Shown: positions 13,263 to 29,942 of the stretch, one piece after another
Layout of the letters: every line of letters begins with the position of its first letter
Numbering within the stretch: position 1 is the first letter of the stretch
Source: Octopus vulgaris
Taxonomy: Eukaryota
DNA length: 64,000 bases
NCBI GenBank assembly: GCA_951406725.2
Contig: OX597828.1
Span: 42,594,001 to 42,658,000 of the forward strand
Direction of reading: 5' to 3'
Notes under the pieces: model-generated
What the model saw: only the letters and a program-made list of their open reading frames with translations
The model's database searches: none
What the model was told of the DNA's origin: nothing
Made by a program: the position numbers and the translations under genes

Positions 13263-13892
13263 GTACACTTGCATTCATATATGTATATACATTTTTCTTT
13301 GCATTTATGCACACACACACACATGCACACATATGTATGTGTGTAAAAGTTGCATTATATAATTATAATTATAGTATGATTTATATGTTAATTGTAGATT
13401 AACATGGTATAATTTATATAGATTATAATATATTTAAAAATATAATTTATTAAGAAATATATTTATCAGGATGACGCATTCGCCATTTTGTCTGCCAAAA
13501 GCAGAAAGCAATTCTGTAAGATGCTGAGGTTTATTGAAATAAGCCACGTTGAAAACTTTATGACGTCATTCATTGCTTATTTATATAAATTATAATATAA
13601 CTAACATAAATTATGTTTAACTTAATTTATTTTTAAAAACCATCATAGATTGTATTTCCTTATTACATGGCAAATAGAGAAACTTTTTCATTCCTACCGT
13701 TTTATAAAATGTAACAGGATTCAAGGACCAACTACGGAACATCTACGTAGTTATTTGAACTGCTAGAAATAACAGTAGGCTTACCCTCAAATCTCCAAAC
13801 TGTTTTTCTAATAAATAAGTTAAAATCAAAGGGCAATGTGGACAATAAACATGTGTACACATGATATATATATATGTATATATATATGTATA

Positions 13893-13941
<49 letters not shown>

Positions 13942-13943
13942 TA

Positions 13944-14021
<78 letters not shown>

Positions 14022-14097
14022 CAAAATCTGACCGCGTGTGTACCGTTGGCGATTTTTTTCCTCTGTCTTCCCTTCTCTGGATCTTTCCTTCTCCTAT

Positions 14098-14132
14098 GTT
14101 TCCGACGAAGAGCTCCGCTCGAAACGTTAAAC
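14098..14132 (+). ncRNA. Minimal type I hammerhead-like motif in a short repeat (~14030-14233)
   Basis: GTTT-CCGACGA-A-GAGC-TCC-GCTC-GAAAC-GTT-AAAC: stems I and II pair, with one core change (CUG to CCG). Confidence 0.6.
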
Positions 14133-14243
14133 CCTCCTTCTTTCCTTCTTTTCTGAGCGTCCAATAATACTATATTTGTTCCACGTCCTCGCGTTGTTGT
14201 GTTTTTTTTGTGCTTTCTTGTTTGGATTAACTTTATATATATG

Positions 14244-14282
<39 letters not shown>

Positions 14283-14622
14283 GAGGAGGAGACCCCCTTC
14301 GGTCAGGAATGACCATGGGATTGCATCTAGAAAGTTACCCTTCGAGGCACAAGTCCGGGCAAGGTTGTTTGTGGAAGGCCAGCAGTCGCGCATGCATAGT
14401 CTCCAAAGGAAAGGCAAAGGCCGATACAGCTTGGCACCAGTGATACCACAATTCATTTCTACATCTGAGTTAACTGGAAATGAAGTGTGTTGCTCAAGAA
14501 ATAAATCGTCTGGAAATAAAGTGTCTTGCTCAAGAACACAACACGCAGCCCGGTCCGGGAATCGAACTCACAACCTCACGATAGTAAGCTTGACGCTCTA
14601 ACCACTGAGACATGCGCCTTCA
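14283..14622 (-). mobile_element. SINE C, 3' module 2
   Basis: Same head. The 3' module is shared with 33086-33437. Confidence 0.85.
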
Positions 14623-14737
14623 TATCTCTCTCTCTCTCTTTCTATCTATCTATCTATCTATCTATCTACCAAATGGCGGTGCCCCAGCATGGCCACAATT
14701 CATAAGCTGAAACTAGAATCAATCAATCAATCAATCA

Positions 14738-14838
<101 letters not shown>

Positions 14839-14866
14839 ACTACACACACGCGCGGCCCACACAGAG

Positions 14867-14908
<42 letters not shown>

Positions 14909-15419
14909 TGTCTCTCTCTCACATACACACACACATAGATGTAACACCTTTTTCGCCAGTCTATATATCAATATAAGTAACCTGTGTCTGGTATGTGTAA
15001 ATTCAAGTAATGTTTTTGTATGTTGCAACGAATCACTAAGTTGGGCATATTCTAATCGATGACCCGTGCTGCTGGATTCGCTCGCTAAGCATGCCATCAG
15101 CTGGTGTTTGGGTTCAATTCCGATTATCGATTTCTTGACACACACACACACACACACACACACCTTCTAAATTTGTGCTGTGAATTAATATATAGATGAA
15201 CATACAATGTAAGTGAATCTATATCTGTATATATATGTAATCTATATCTGTATATATATGTAAATATATGTATATATTCACACACACACACTCTGACATA
15301 CTCACGTATATATACACGCAGAACGGCTTTAAATATGTTTTCAGTTTTTCAATGTATCTTTCTTTCTGTAAACCAGCACAAATTGCATTTATATCGATAA
15401 ACAGTTAAAGTTGTTTCTC

Positions 15420-15880
15420 CTGGTTTCGGATTCAAAATGTCTTCCTTCATTCTCGGCACACATTGGCTATATTTTTTCAACTCCGACAATTTCAATCCAT
15501 CCAGAAATTTTTTTATCTAATTAGCATCATATCTTTCATTCTTCACAGTAAATGCTTACATGTTCTTGATTGCAGTTCTGTAAATCTTACTTGAAAGATC
15601 GTCCCTCACCTCAAAAACACAAATAATGACATTCAATGGTGTGACATCAGCGTTTTTAGGTGACCCAAACATCGGCTCATTTCTAGTTTACCAACGTCTT
15701 GGAAACTGTGCATGAAGAAATAGGAAATAGACTTGCGTCGAAGCATCAGGAGAGAATAGTTCTTTTCGTGTCCGATTCCAAAGCATTTTTGAAGAACTCT
15801 AAGAGCAACGGTCTCAACCGGTTTCATGCGAGAGGATTTTCCCGCCGACTTGGGAATCACACACATAACAAAGCAGAATG
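15420..15880 (-). pseudogene. Tc1/mariner transposase C-terminal relic
   Basis: - strand relics RW..RNEP..PKxADVTPL and CAENEGRHFE, frameshifted. Confidence 0.55.
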
Positions 15881-15920
15881 AAGTGCATGATATATTATTT
15901 AATTATTACATACATATATA

Positions 15921-16083
15921 AGGCGCAGGCGTGGCTGTGTGGTAAGTAGCTAGCTAACCAACCACATGGTTCCGGGTTCAGTCCCACTGCGTGGCATCTT
16001 GAGCAAGTGTCTTCTGCTATAGCCCCGGGCCGACCAATGCCTTGTGAGTGGATTTGGTAGACGGAAACTGAAAGAAGCCTGTC

Positions 16084-16141
<58 letters not shown>

Positions 16142-16361
16142 TTGTGTGCCTGTGTTTGTTTCCCCAACATCGCTTGACAACCGATGCTGGTGTGTTTACG
16201 TCCCCGTCACTTAGCGGTTCGGCCTAAGAGACCGATAGAATAAGTACTGGGCTTATTCTATCTATACTAGAATAAGTCCCGGGGGCCGATTTGCTCGACT
16301 AAAGGCGGTGCTCCAGCATGGCTGCAGTCAAATGTCTTAAACAACTAAAAGAGTAAAAGAG
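15921..16361 (+). mobile_element. SINE A, full length
   Basis: Full match with a TSD-like TATTACATA on both flanks. Confidence 0.92.
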
Positions 16362-17332
16362 TATTACATATATACAACGCATATATTAATATAATACGGA
16401 CACACCCTACAGACTGGACAGTCAATAAAATAGAAGTAACATATAAAAATTTATTGTTTCTGTGCTGCTCGGTATCAAATGATCCACGGCCTGGCACATT
16501 TTTGGTAGTTTTGGGTTTGCTTTCTTAGTGGCTTTATTTGTAGTGCAAAAATATATAAGAATCAAAACGATGCAGATTTGTGTCACCTACTCAGCAGTAA
16601 TGTTAGCCTTGGGCCTAAATCAGATCACGCTTTATGAAGGTTAGCCGATCCCCATAATCGGCAGTTAAACTTGTCGGTGTCTCCTCTTTGAAAAGCGACC
16701 TTAATAGAGACTAAAAACTCTCTTCAAGAAGTCTAGGTCACTGGCTTTTGATATTTTAGTGAAGTATTTTATTGTCAGAAAATTTCTAAAGCTTTTTTGT
16801 CTAATATAATTTGTTTCTATTGTATTTTACTTTGAATGGAGAGATCTGTGACACTAAGATAACCTCATTGAAGCCTACTGTAGTGAAAAGTGGATTTTGT
16901 TAAAAATTATTAGTAACAGATGGTTGAGTGTTTCACTGAGATTGTTTCGCCTTCAAGATCCATGTTAACTTTCATTGCTTGAAAGTTTCGCAACTACGCC
17001 ATGAATAGAAGTGCTTCGATTTACTTCTTGCACGCATGATTCCTTGTAATGTACCAGCTTTGGTACGATGGATATTCTCTGGTATTTTGGTAATGATAAT
17101 CACTCTCCCCTCGCACACATAAAGAAAAGGAAAATCGTCCTAGCAGTGCCTCAAGAGGGCGTTTGATGTTTTTCGGCCCCCTTGGGACTTGTCTATAACG
17201 GGAACCCGGGAGCGAGTCACACAACGAAATGAAACTTTACTCATCGTTATATACGAAGTAAACGCGTCAGACATTCACGTGAATCATTGCTGGGATGGTG
17301 TATATAACTGGCACTTCGCCGCCTATAATGAC

Positions 17333-17559
17333 ATGTATGTATGTGTGTATGTGTGTATGTATGTATGTATTTATTATGTTTGTATGTATGTATGTATATA
17401 TGTATGTATGTATGCATGTATGCATGTATGCATATATGCATATATGTATGTATGTATGTATATATGTATGTATATATGTATATATGTATGTCTGTATGCA
17501 TCTATGTATGTATGTATGTATGTATATATGTATGCATGTATGCATGTATGCATGTATGC

Positions 17560-17591
<32 letters not shown>

Positions 17592-17659
17592 CTGTATGCA
17601 TCTATGTATGTATGTATGTATGTATATATGTATATATGTATGCATGTATGCATGTATGC

Positions 17660-17690
<31 letters not shown>

Positions 17691-17867
17691 CATCTATGTA
17701 TGTATGTATGTATGTATGTATGTATGTATGTATGTATATATGTATATATGTATGCATGTATGCATGTATGCATATATGTATGTATGTATGTATATATGTA
17801 TATATGTATGTCTGTATGCATCTATGTATGTATGTATGTATATATGTATGCATGTATGCATGTATGC

Positions 17868-17899
<32 letters not shown>

Positions 17900-17967
17900 C
17901 TGTATGCATCTATGTATGTATGTATGTATGTATATATGTATATATGTATGCATGTATGCATGTATGC

Positions 17968-18000
<33 letters not shown>

Positions 18001-18185
18001 TGTCTGTATGCATCTATGTATGTATGTATGTATGTATGTATGTATATATGTATATATGTATGCATGTATGCATGTATGCATATATGTATGTATGTATGTA
18101 TGTATGTATATATGTATGTATGTATGTATGTATATATGTATATATGTATGCATGTATGTCCGTATGCATCTATGTATGTATGTAT
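17333..18185. repeat. (TATG)n-derived array with higher-order units
   Basis: Recurring TCTGTATGCATCTATG and (GCATGTAT)n cassettes. Confidence 0.92.
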
Positions 18186-18494
18186 TCTCGGGATTATTTG
18201 TGCAAATATTTCTACATGAAAATGATGTGTGCAAAGGACTGCACCTAATTGTTTGCACATGTGCGTGTGAGTTTATGTGTGCATGCGTGTGTGTGTCTAT
18301 GTATATATATATGCGTTTATACGTATATGTGTATAAGTATATACGTATGCGTATGTCTGTGACGTGAAGGTGTCAATCACTGCAACGACACTTTACAACA
18401 CCAACCGACAGTTTTTATAGCTTAAGTGGTGGCGTTACTCAAGCGGAATATATCAATTGGAAATATCGATTTTAATTGTGTAACATTAATATTT

Positions 18495-18562
18495 TGGTTG
18501 TATTTGTAGTTGTTGTTGTTGTTGTTGCAGGTCGTCGTGGTAGTAGATGTGTTAGAGAGCTT

Positions 18563-18599
<37 letters not shown>

Positions 18600-18658
18600 T
18601 AGAATTAGAAGTAGTAGTAGTAGTAGTTGATGTAGTAGTTGTAGAATTAGAAGTAGTG

Positions 18659-18731
<73 letters not shown>

Positions 18732-18773
18732 AAGAAGTAGTAATAGTAGTTGTAGTAGTAGTGGTAGTAGAAT

Positions 18774-18804
<31 letters not shown>

Positions 18805-18823
18805 TGTAGAATTAGAAGTAGTG

Positions 18824-18854
<31 letters not shown>

Positions 18855-18865
18855 AAGTTGTAGAC

Positions 18866-18907
<42 letters not shown>

Positions 18908-19020
18908 TTCATAGTAATAGTCATCGTAGTAGTGGTATAGGCGGCAGCTGTAGTAGTGCTTGTACTGGTAAGCAGTAGTACCAACGGCAGCAGCAGTAGG
19001 AGCAGTAGTAGTTGTAGGAG
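18495..19020. repeat. (GTA)n microsatellite with recurring GAATTAGAA interruptions
   Basis: Seen directly. Confidence 0.95.
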
Positions 19021-19079
19021 CCAGCCTTGATGAGTTGCAATATTGCAAACCTTATAATCCTGATATTCTAGCTTGAATA

Positions 19080-19121
<42 letters not shown>

Positions 19122-19604
19122 ACATATATATATATATGGCACGAAGCTTTGCCAGTGAACAGGTCGCAGTCTCAAAGCGACGAAAATATTTTGACAAATT
19201 AAACTTAAATGTTGAAGTGAATCGAACGGCTTTTGTGTGTTTCTTAAATGGCTTACAAACACCTTCCACGCTGCAATTTTTTTCGTTCCAGCACACGATC
19301 TCAGATCAAGTCACTCGCTATGCAAGTACTTATGGCTTATAGGTTAAATGAGGTATGACTGTCCTCACTGCCGAAACAGCTGTCAGTTTTGATTTATTTG
19401 CATATTATATTTGAAATTTTTTTTTTTTTTTTTTTACTTATATCTCTTTATCTTTTTACTTTTACTATCACTGTATATCTCATTTCATTTTATATATTGC
19501 CTTTACTCATATGTAATGGTGTATTAAAGTATAGATTGAGTATCATCGGATAGTTGATGTTTTACTGATTTAAGTATGTTTCTCCATTCTCTAATTTTGT
19601 AGTA

Positions 19605-19653
<49 letters not shown>

Positions 19654-19809
19654 CGGACTTCTTTCAGTTTCCGTCAAACCAAATCCACCCACAAAGCTTT
19701 GATCGGTCCGAAGCTATAGTAGAAGACACTAGCCTAAGGTGTTACGTTGTGGGACTGAACCCGGAACCATTTGGTTGAGAAGTAAACTTCGTACCACACA
19801 GCCATGCCT
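19654..19809 (-). mobile_element. SINE A, 5' half, diverged
   Basis: Reverse match ending in (TA)n. Confidence 0.8.
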
Positions 19810-20633
19810 GGATTTTTTAAACGTTGAGTGGCTATGAGAGTCCATCCAAGTAAATTGCAATCAGAGTGGTCCATAGACAAAGAAATGGTTGAGAATCACT
19901 GATGCATAGCAATGAGCATCTCCCCAAACCATGAGATTTTGAAGATGCTTCCATTAGACATATCCGAAAACAAAGGAAATAAAGTAATTTGTGATGGCCA
20001 TTGTTTGTGTCACTAGTATAGAATCTTGGCTTGTCTTATCACAAATAGACGAAGTATTCGTCTTGTAACAAAAAAAAAAAGAAAGTAATTTCACTAAATC
20101 TCAAAGTAACATTTTAGGTCGTAATCCTTGAAACAGATGAAAAAAAACACTGAATAGAAATCCAGAATTAATTATTGATCTTGTGAAGCTTACCAAAGCT
20201 TTATATGCAGTAAGCCGAGAAGGTCTCTAGTAAGTGCTGAAGAAAATGGGAGAAGCTGATAACTTCTCTTAAATGTTGTTATATAGTTTCAAAAAAGTTA
20301 TAAGAGCGAAAGATGTTTCAAGCTTGGAATTACTTCATAATGTTGCCAACATTATGATGTAATTCCGAGCAATAGGACAAAGTAAGGCTTCAACATAGTT
20401 TCCGCCAACCCAGTGTCACTCACAAGGTATGCCTGGACCCGAGACTATAGAAAAGGATATTTACCCAAGATCGATCGACCACGGGAAGACCGTCCGATAG
20501 AGATTGCGAAGTGAACATTTTAACCATTAGGCCACATTGTGCTTGCAAATATAGGCATGTTTAATTTGTTTGTGTGTGTGTGTGTGTGTGTGGACTGAAG
20601 GATGCATATGCATATCTAATCATATAAGACTGT

Positions 20634-20890
<257 letters not shown>

Positions 20891-20952
20891 AATTTCCTCT
20901 ATTTACATAATATTGAGGTCTCTTTCTTTCTTTTGTTATCTTACCGTTTTTA

Positions 20953-21029
<77 letters not shown>

Positions 21030-21609
21030 ATATGTATATATATATATATATATATATGATATATGTGTATATGTACGTATGTATGTATCGGGAATGCATT
21101 GCATGTCGAAAGAAGCTGACCGGAAGCTGTTAGACGTGAGCAAACAATTGAAAAGAAATATGTTTGAATGACCGATGTAATGAGATAAAAAGAGAGGAAG
21201 ATTGAAATCGAAAGAAATAGAAACAGCGAAAATAAGAAATAGATTGTATGAGGCGCTTATTGTCAACCATTCTTTTTCCAATATCCGCTCTTGCTAGGCA
21301 TTTTCTGTGGTCAGGAAAAGTGCACATAGCATGAGGTGACTAGTATGTGTGTGTGTGTGTGTGTATTCATCTATGCACATTACACGCACATGTATATGTA
21401 TATATACATAGGCATACATACATGTATATGTGTAAATAATAATAAGGATTAAGCAGAAAACAGATATGGCATTCAATGCTTTATAGAACATACACACGTT
21501 TCACGAGGGTGCCGTATTAATTACACATCAGCTGCAGACATATTTTGTGATGTAGCACTTCACCTCATCAGTGTCCCGCAAAAGAATATATATACTAAAT
21601 TGTATATGT

Positions 21610-21673
<64 letters not shown>

Positions 21674-22203
21674 TGTGCCTGTGTGAATGTATATATATAT
21701 ATACATGCGCGAGCATTCCAACCAAGAGCTTATCGATTAATCAGCAATTTATTCTTGTTTGTTACTAGGAGAGAAAGAAGCCGTTATGATCAGATCCTGA
21801 ATATGTCTTCAGTTTATTCCGTTGCCGGATAAAGGGGCAGTAGTCGTGCATATTACTTATCCATCTTCGACACGGCCCTTACAATCTGACAGTAAAAGCA
21901 AAGACATCTTCAAATTACAACTATCGCCTTCAAAACAACAAATTGGATGATGTCACGTTATGTGTATCTGTGTATGCGTGTGTGTATGTTTGTGTGCGTT
22001 TGTGCATGCATATATACATAGAGGTATGCATATATATATTTAGATATAAATATAATTATAAATACAGATTAGTTGAACAACATTCATATATATATATATT
22101 AAAATTTCTAAGTCTCTCTAAAAGAGACTACGGCAGCGGTACTGTAAATTATATATATATAATATTTTCTATCTTTGTTTCTCTCTTTGTTTTTTCTGTG
22201 TCC

Positions 22204-22239
22204 CTTTCTGTAGAAGAGCGTAGGCTCGAAACGTAAAAG
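22204..22239 (+). ncRNA. Minimal hammerhead-like motif
   Basis: CTTT-CTGTAGA-A-GAGC-GTAG-GCTC-GAAAC-GTA-AAAG, with one core change. Confidence 0.6.
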
Positions 22240-22329
22240 ACTTTTTCTATTCCTGAGCGTTATACTAATACATCTGTTTGTTTTGTACACCACCTGTCTT
22301 CGTCTGTTGTTGTTTTTTTCTTAAACTCT

Positions 22330-22397
<68 letters not shown>

Positions 22398-22467
22398 TGG
22401 ATACAACACGTCCAACTGTTAATCCAGTCATATTTTTCTCTTCCTCTCTCCATCTGCTTTCTCTCCG

Positions 22468-22500
22468 CTGAAGAAGAGCGTCGTCTCGAATTGTCAAAGA
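22468..22500 (+). ncRNA. Degenerate hammerhead-like motif in a second related unit
   Basis: CTGAAGA-A-GAG...CTC-GAAT-TGTC. Confidence 0.4.
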
Positions 22501-22559
22501 CCCCTTCCATTTCCTTGAGCGTCAAACTATTACATCTTGTTGGTTGTTCCCTCACTTGC

Positions 22560-23745
<1,186 letters not shown>

Positions 23746-24078
23746 ATGTATGTGTGTGTATATATGCTTGAGTGTGTGAGTATACATGTGTGTGCGTGTG
23801 TGTGTGTGTGCGTGTGTGTGCGCGCGCGCGCCTGTACGTGTCTAATCTAAACACAAATAGAGTTGTAGAAAAGTTTAAAAATTAAAACTGAAAGAATGGA
23901 CGAAACAGAGTGTACATTTATGTGTATTGGGGGCGGGTATTGTCTGTTTATATATGTATATATATGTACACATATATATAAATATATATATATATACATA
24001 TGGTGTATATACATGTACATACATATATATGTATTGTGCATATGCATATATATGCGTATATATATATGTATATATATA

Positions 24079-24152
<74 letters not shown>

Positions 24153-24284
24153 CAGATAGATAGATATGTATGCATATATGGAAGCAAAAAACACTTTACA
24201 AAATACATGAATATATGTGCTTATGTCTCTCTGTGTGTTTATATATATACTCATAAATATATATACACATACATATAGCTATAT

Positions 24285-24316
<32 letters not shown>

Positions 24317-24675
24317 AATATATATACACACACACAAACATAGCTATATATCATACATCTATATACACATATACATACATTCGGTATATAATGATATTTA
24401 TTCATTGAAAAGTCATACAATGATTTCCAGATGTGTTAGATTAAGCTCTCTCCTCTCTGCTTCTCTCTCCTCCTCTCTCTCTATCTCCCTCCTTCTCTCT
24501 CTCTCTCTTTCATCCCTTACACTTCTTATACGCACACCATTCTTTACTTCCTAACTCTTCTGGTTCTTGTGTATGTCTTTGAATTTTATTCATTTTATTT
24601 CTTTACTTTTCTCTACGTTTATTTCTTTACTTTTTCCCACCCACCCGTCCTTTCTCCACTCCTTCTACTCCCCCC

Positions 24676-24806
<131 letters not shown>

Positions 24807-25416
24807 ATGCATGACCTTTTTCATTATATAAAATGTCATTAGTTTTCTTTTTGTCTCTCCATTCACCTCTTTTTTCTTTATTTTTTCCTCTTTACATTTC
24901 TCTCTGGTTTTCCTTCTTTTCCTCCTCTCATCCTCCTCATCGTCATCCTCCTCCTCCTCCTCCTCTTGCTTCCCTCACCTCCTTCTGTCTTAGATTTAGA
25001 TTCAGTCCAGTGATAGTCTCACTTCCTATACACAAACACCCGACGTAACAAACAGACCTTCATTGTAAAAATCATGCTATCTTGCTATCTAAGCAAACCT
25101 TTTCGCTCTTACGAACGTAACCTACTTTGGACCTACACTAGTGGGGTGCACACACGCACACACACACACACATACACATACACGCATGCACGCACGCATA
25201 TACAATGACACAAGCACTCATATAATCACACGCACACACACACCATATGCACATATACCCACCACACAGGCAAACACATGTACAGGCAAATGCACAAATA
25301 CATGTCGTTGTCTGGCTTTTCTTTACATTCTTCCTACATTACACCATACGTTGTACGTACTATCTGTGTGTGTACATACACACACATTTATCTATATCTA
25401 TGTATATGTATGTACG

Positions 25417-25511
<95 letters not shown>

Positions 25512-25525
25512 AGAGAGCGACATAT

Positions 25526-25556
<31 letters not shown>

Positions 25557-25633
25557 CACATATACATATATATATATATATATATATATGCATATACATA
25601 TATCCATACATATATAGATAGATATATATACAT

Positions 25634-25678
<45 letters not shown>

Positions 25679-25689
25679 CATGTACATAT

Positions 25690-25810
<121 letters not shown>

Positions 25811-26169
25811 GAGATGGTGCTAACACTCATACTCTACACATCCTGCTCTCGCTTAACTTTATATGTTTGGTGTATATATACTATTGCTCTCTCTCTATTA
25901 CAGTTTTTAAATTATACACCATAATTTGGTGTTCTATAATCATGACATGTACAGCTAACTCTGGTGCTAGTTTTTATATTTATATATCCTGATTTCTCAA
26001 CACCATTGGTATATACACTTTTAGTATCATGTGTTATTATCCTGTTTCATTATATACACAAGTTAGATTTACGACCTTCCTTAGGTAGTATATATTTTAA
26101 TGTTTAATAATCATGGTACACGCATCCTGTTAAGAGAGTGTTCGTACTCTTGATGTCTCTAACATTCTC

Positions 26170-26860
26170 TTTGATTTCGGCGATACAAGATTTCTGTTGC
26201 TTAGTCGAGGAATTTTTCCGACGCTCTACCGATTCTGCAAATCCACTGACTTAATTGTTTTTGATTTAGGCTCAAAGCTAGTAATTTTGAGAAGAAGGGG
26301 CTAGACGATATCAGCAATCTCATGACTGGTCCTGTATTCTATCGATCCGGTGAGAGAACAATTCAAAGCCGGTCTCAGCGGAAACTGAACTCAGCACGTA
26401 AATTGACTTAGCTAAAAACCTATCGGCTTCCACTCTTTTATCATTTATAGTTTATCGACCTGGTGAGTTGAAATTCAAAGTCGGCGTTGACGAGAATTGA
26501 ACTCAGGATGTTAAAAAAGAGCCTTAACTTAAAACCTTGCGATTTTTTTTTGCCACGGATCTTTACGTTCTGAATTAAAATCTCAACATTTCAAGACCGA
26601 CCGTCTGATGATTCTGGCCCTTATCTATTAGTTGAGTGGTAATTTTACCTTGATATCACCATTTAGTCTGAGGTTATCTTTAGAAGGGTCCACACTGTTG
26701 CAGCTTCAGGTTTCGTCTCCCAAATTCACTCACATGGTATTAGTCGGCCCAGGAGTATAGAAGTCACTTGCCTAGGATATTGCCTAGGATATTGAACTTA
26801 ATCCGAAACCATATGGTTGCAAAGATAGCTTCTTAACCACTGAGCCATGCTACGCCTGCT
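26170..26860. mobile_element. Degenerate SINE B fragments plus a SINE A 5' relic (~26705-26858, -)
   Basis: GAACTCAG and TTTATCGACC motifs, and a reverse SINE A head. Confidence 0.6.
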
Positions 26861-27539
26861 CCCTGTTGCATCTGCTTCTATTCATCTGTGTATCGTCAAC
26901 CAGTAAATCATCTTACACAAAAAAATGCACCTCCAAACTTGAGAGCTTCATAGCAATGTGTGTTCCATAGCTCCATGCCAACCACTCACTCAGCTGTAAG
27001 CCCGCACCAGTGTAAGCCCGCACCACTGTAAGCCCACACGGCATTCTTCTGATTAGGAATAGGTCTGCTCACACATTTTGTTAGGGTTCACTAATACTTC
27101 CTGTGGTATTTCTTCATGTATCTTGTTTGTACCTTTTGTGCTCTCGGTCACAGATTGGCCTTCATGAACCTTTCAGTTATCTCCATGTGCATCATGATCA
27201 AGCAGAATGTTAGTTGTAAAGGCCAGGTACTGTGTATTTGGTGGTTTATTTTCCAAGGCTTCGCATAATATATCCATCTTGCCGTCTCCAAAACTGCGAC
27301 CAATATTGCTGCGAAAACTTTTCAGCCTACTGTTTTTTTTTTTCTGCTGTGTTTCTTTTCTCTCCAATTCTGCACCATTTTTACAGGGTAAAAATGACCT
27401 TACGTGGCTCTTGTTAACACAACTATGAGGACAAGACTTTTGATCTTTCACTATCAGTCCAAGCTCTTAGTTTTATTGAACCAACAACAACAACAACACA
27501 AACTGTCTTGAAAGCAACTGCACGAAAATAATAATAAAC

Positions 27540-28195
27540 GTTTCTAATATTGGTAAAAAACCTGAAATTTTAGCGGAGAGACTACCTGATTCCATTCACA
27601 GCAGTGTTTAGCAGATGCTTACTTTATCGACGCCGATTTATCATCCCTTACATTTCTTATATGCGCACCATTCTTTATTAACTTTCTAACTTTCTGGTTC
27701 TTGTGCATGTCTTTGAATTTTATTCATTTCTTTTCTATATTTCATTTCTAGGTTTATTTCTTTATTTTTCCCACCCACCAGTCCTCTCTCCACTCTTTCT
27801 TCGCACCCCCGTCTGTCTCACCCCCTCTCCTCTCTTCTATGCTTGACCGTTTTCATTACATTGAGTTGACATCGGCGGAATTTGAACTCAGAGTGCGAAA
27901 CCTCGAAAGAAATGCCGCTGAACATTTTGTCCGACGCGCTAACGACTGTCTGCTCGCAGCCCTCATAAAAATAATAATGGTTTCAAAATTCTGTACAAGG
28001 GCCTCTGCAGGTACAGAAGAGGAGGTAAGTTGACCCCAGTTTTCTACGGGTACTTATTTCCTCAACCCCGAAAAAAGATGATTGGCAAAATCCGACATCG
28101 GTAAAAATTGGAACTCAGAACGTAAAACCGGACGAAATGACGCTAAGCATCTCTTATCCGACAAGTTAAGCTATTCTGCCACCTCCCCCCGCCCT
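27540..28195 (-). mobile_element. Two old SINE B copies; the first is interrupted by a duplicated segment
   Basis: CGGCGGAATTTGAACTCAG and TTTATCGAC motifs. Confidence 0.7.
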
Positions 28196-28795
28196 AATAA
28201 CAACAACAATAATAGTAATCACATCATATCCTTATTGTTGTTGTTGTTGTTGTTGTTGCTGTTGTTGTTATTACCAGCCACAATAAATAAACAATGGCGG
28301 TGTGTTAATGTTGTACTTAGTAAAACGACAATTACATAGTTTCTCTGAAAAGAACAATGACTATTGATGGTATATTATTACATACAAGTTGAAAGTCACT
28401 CAGCTCTTCTGTTCGATAACATTTGCCAAGTTGGAGCTCACCTCTTCGCTCTTAATGTCCCGCGATCAATAAAAAAAACGTTGATTCAACACGATGAAAA
28501 GGTGGATGAAAGCTGAATCTCTCTATGTGAATGTGTGCGTGTGCGTGTGAGAGAGAGAGAGAGAGAGAGAGACAGAGATTAAACGAAGTTGTAGGAGAGA
28601 GAGAGAGAGAGAGACGTGCGTATATATATATATATATATAGAATAAGAGGAAAAGGCTGGGGGAGTAAGTATGCAGGTTAAAAAAGGAAACAAAAGGAGA
28701 ACGAAACAAAATTGAACAAGTCGTGAGGTGATTAATGTGTGCGGCTGTTTATTGTTTTCCGTATGCTGAGATTTGACTCATGTACGAGCGTGTAT

Positions 28796-29195
<400 letters not shown>

Positions 29196-29205
29196 AGTTA
29201 TATAA

Positions 29206-29597
29206 TCTTTTACTCTTTTACTTGTTTCAGTCATTTGACTGCGGCCATGCAGTCGAGCAAATCGACCCCAGGACTTATGCTTTGTAAGCCTAGTACTTAT
29301 TCTATCGGCCTCTTTTGTTGAACAGCTATGTTACGGGGACGTAAAGACACCAGCATCGGTTGCCAAGCGATGTTGGTGGTACAAACACAGACACACAAAT
29401 ATATACACACACATACAAATATACATTCATATATACGGCGGGCTCCTTTCAGTTTCCGTCTACCAAATCCACTCACAAGTCTTTGGTTGGCCCGCGGTTA
29501 CAGTAGAAGACACTTGCCCAAGGTGTCACGGGGTGGGACTGAACCCGGAACCATGTGGTTGCTAAGCAAGGTACTTTCCACACAGCCACTCCTGCGC

Positions 29598-29599
<2 letters not shown>
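29206..29599 (-). mobile_element. SINE A
   Basis: Reverse-complement, near full length. Confidence 0.9.
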
Positions 29600-29641
<42 letters not shown>

Positions 29642-29646
29642 TTATA

Positions 29647-29695
<49 letters not shown>

Positions 29696-29730
29696 GCGTA
29701 TGTGTGTATGTATATCGAACGTATGTATAT

Positions 29731-29761
<31 letters not shown>

Positions 29762-29885
29762 CATATATGCGTGTGTGTGTATATATATCGAACGTATATA
29801 TGTATATATATATGCGCATGCATGTTTATAATTATACATAGAGAGACAGAAATACATATATGAATATACAGAGAGAGAGAGAGAT

Positions 29886-29942
<57 letters not shown>

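Noticed and set aside
26995-27040. Three copies of TGTAAGCCC(G/A)CAC at a 16-bp period
   Set aside because: A short tandem duplication with no supporting context.
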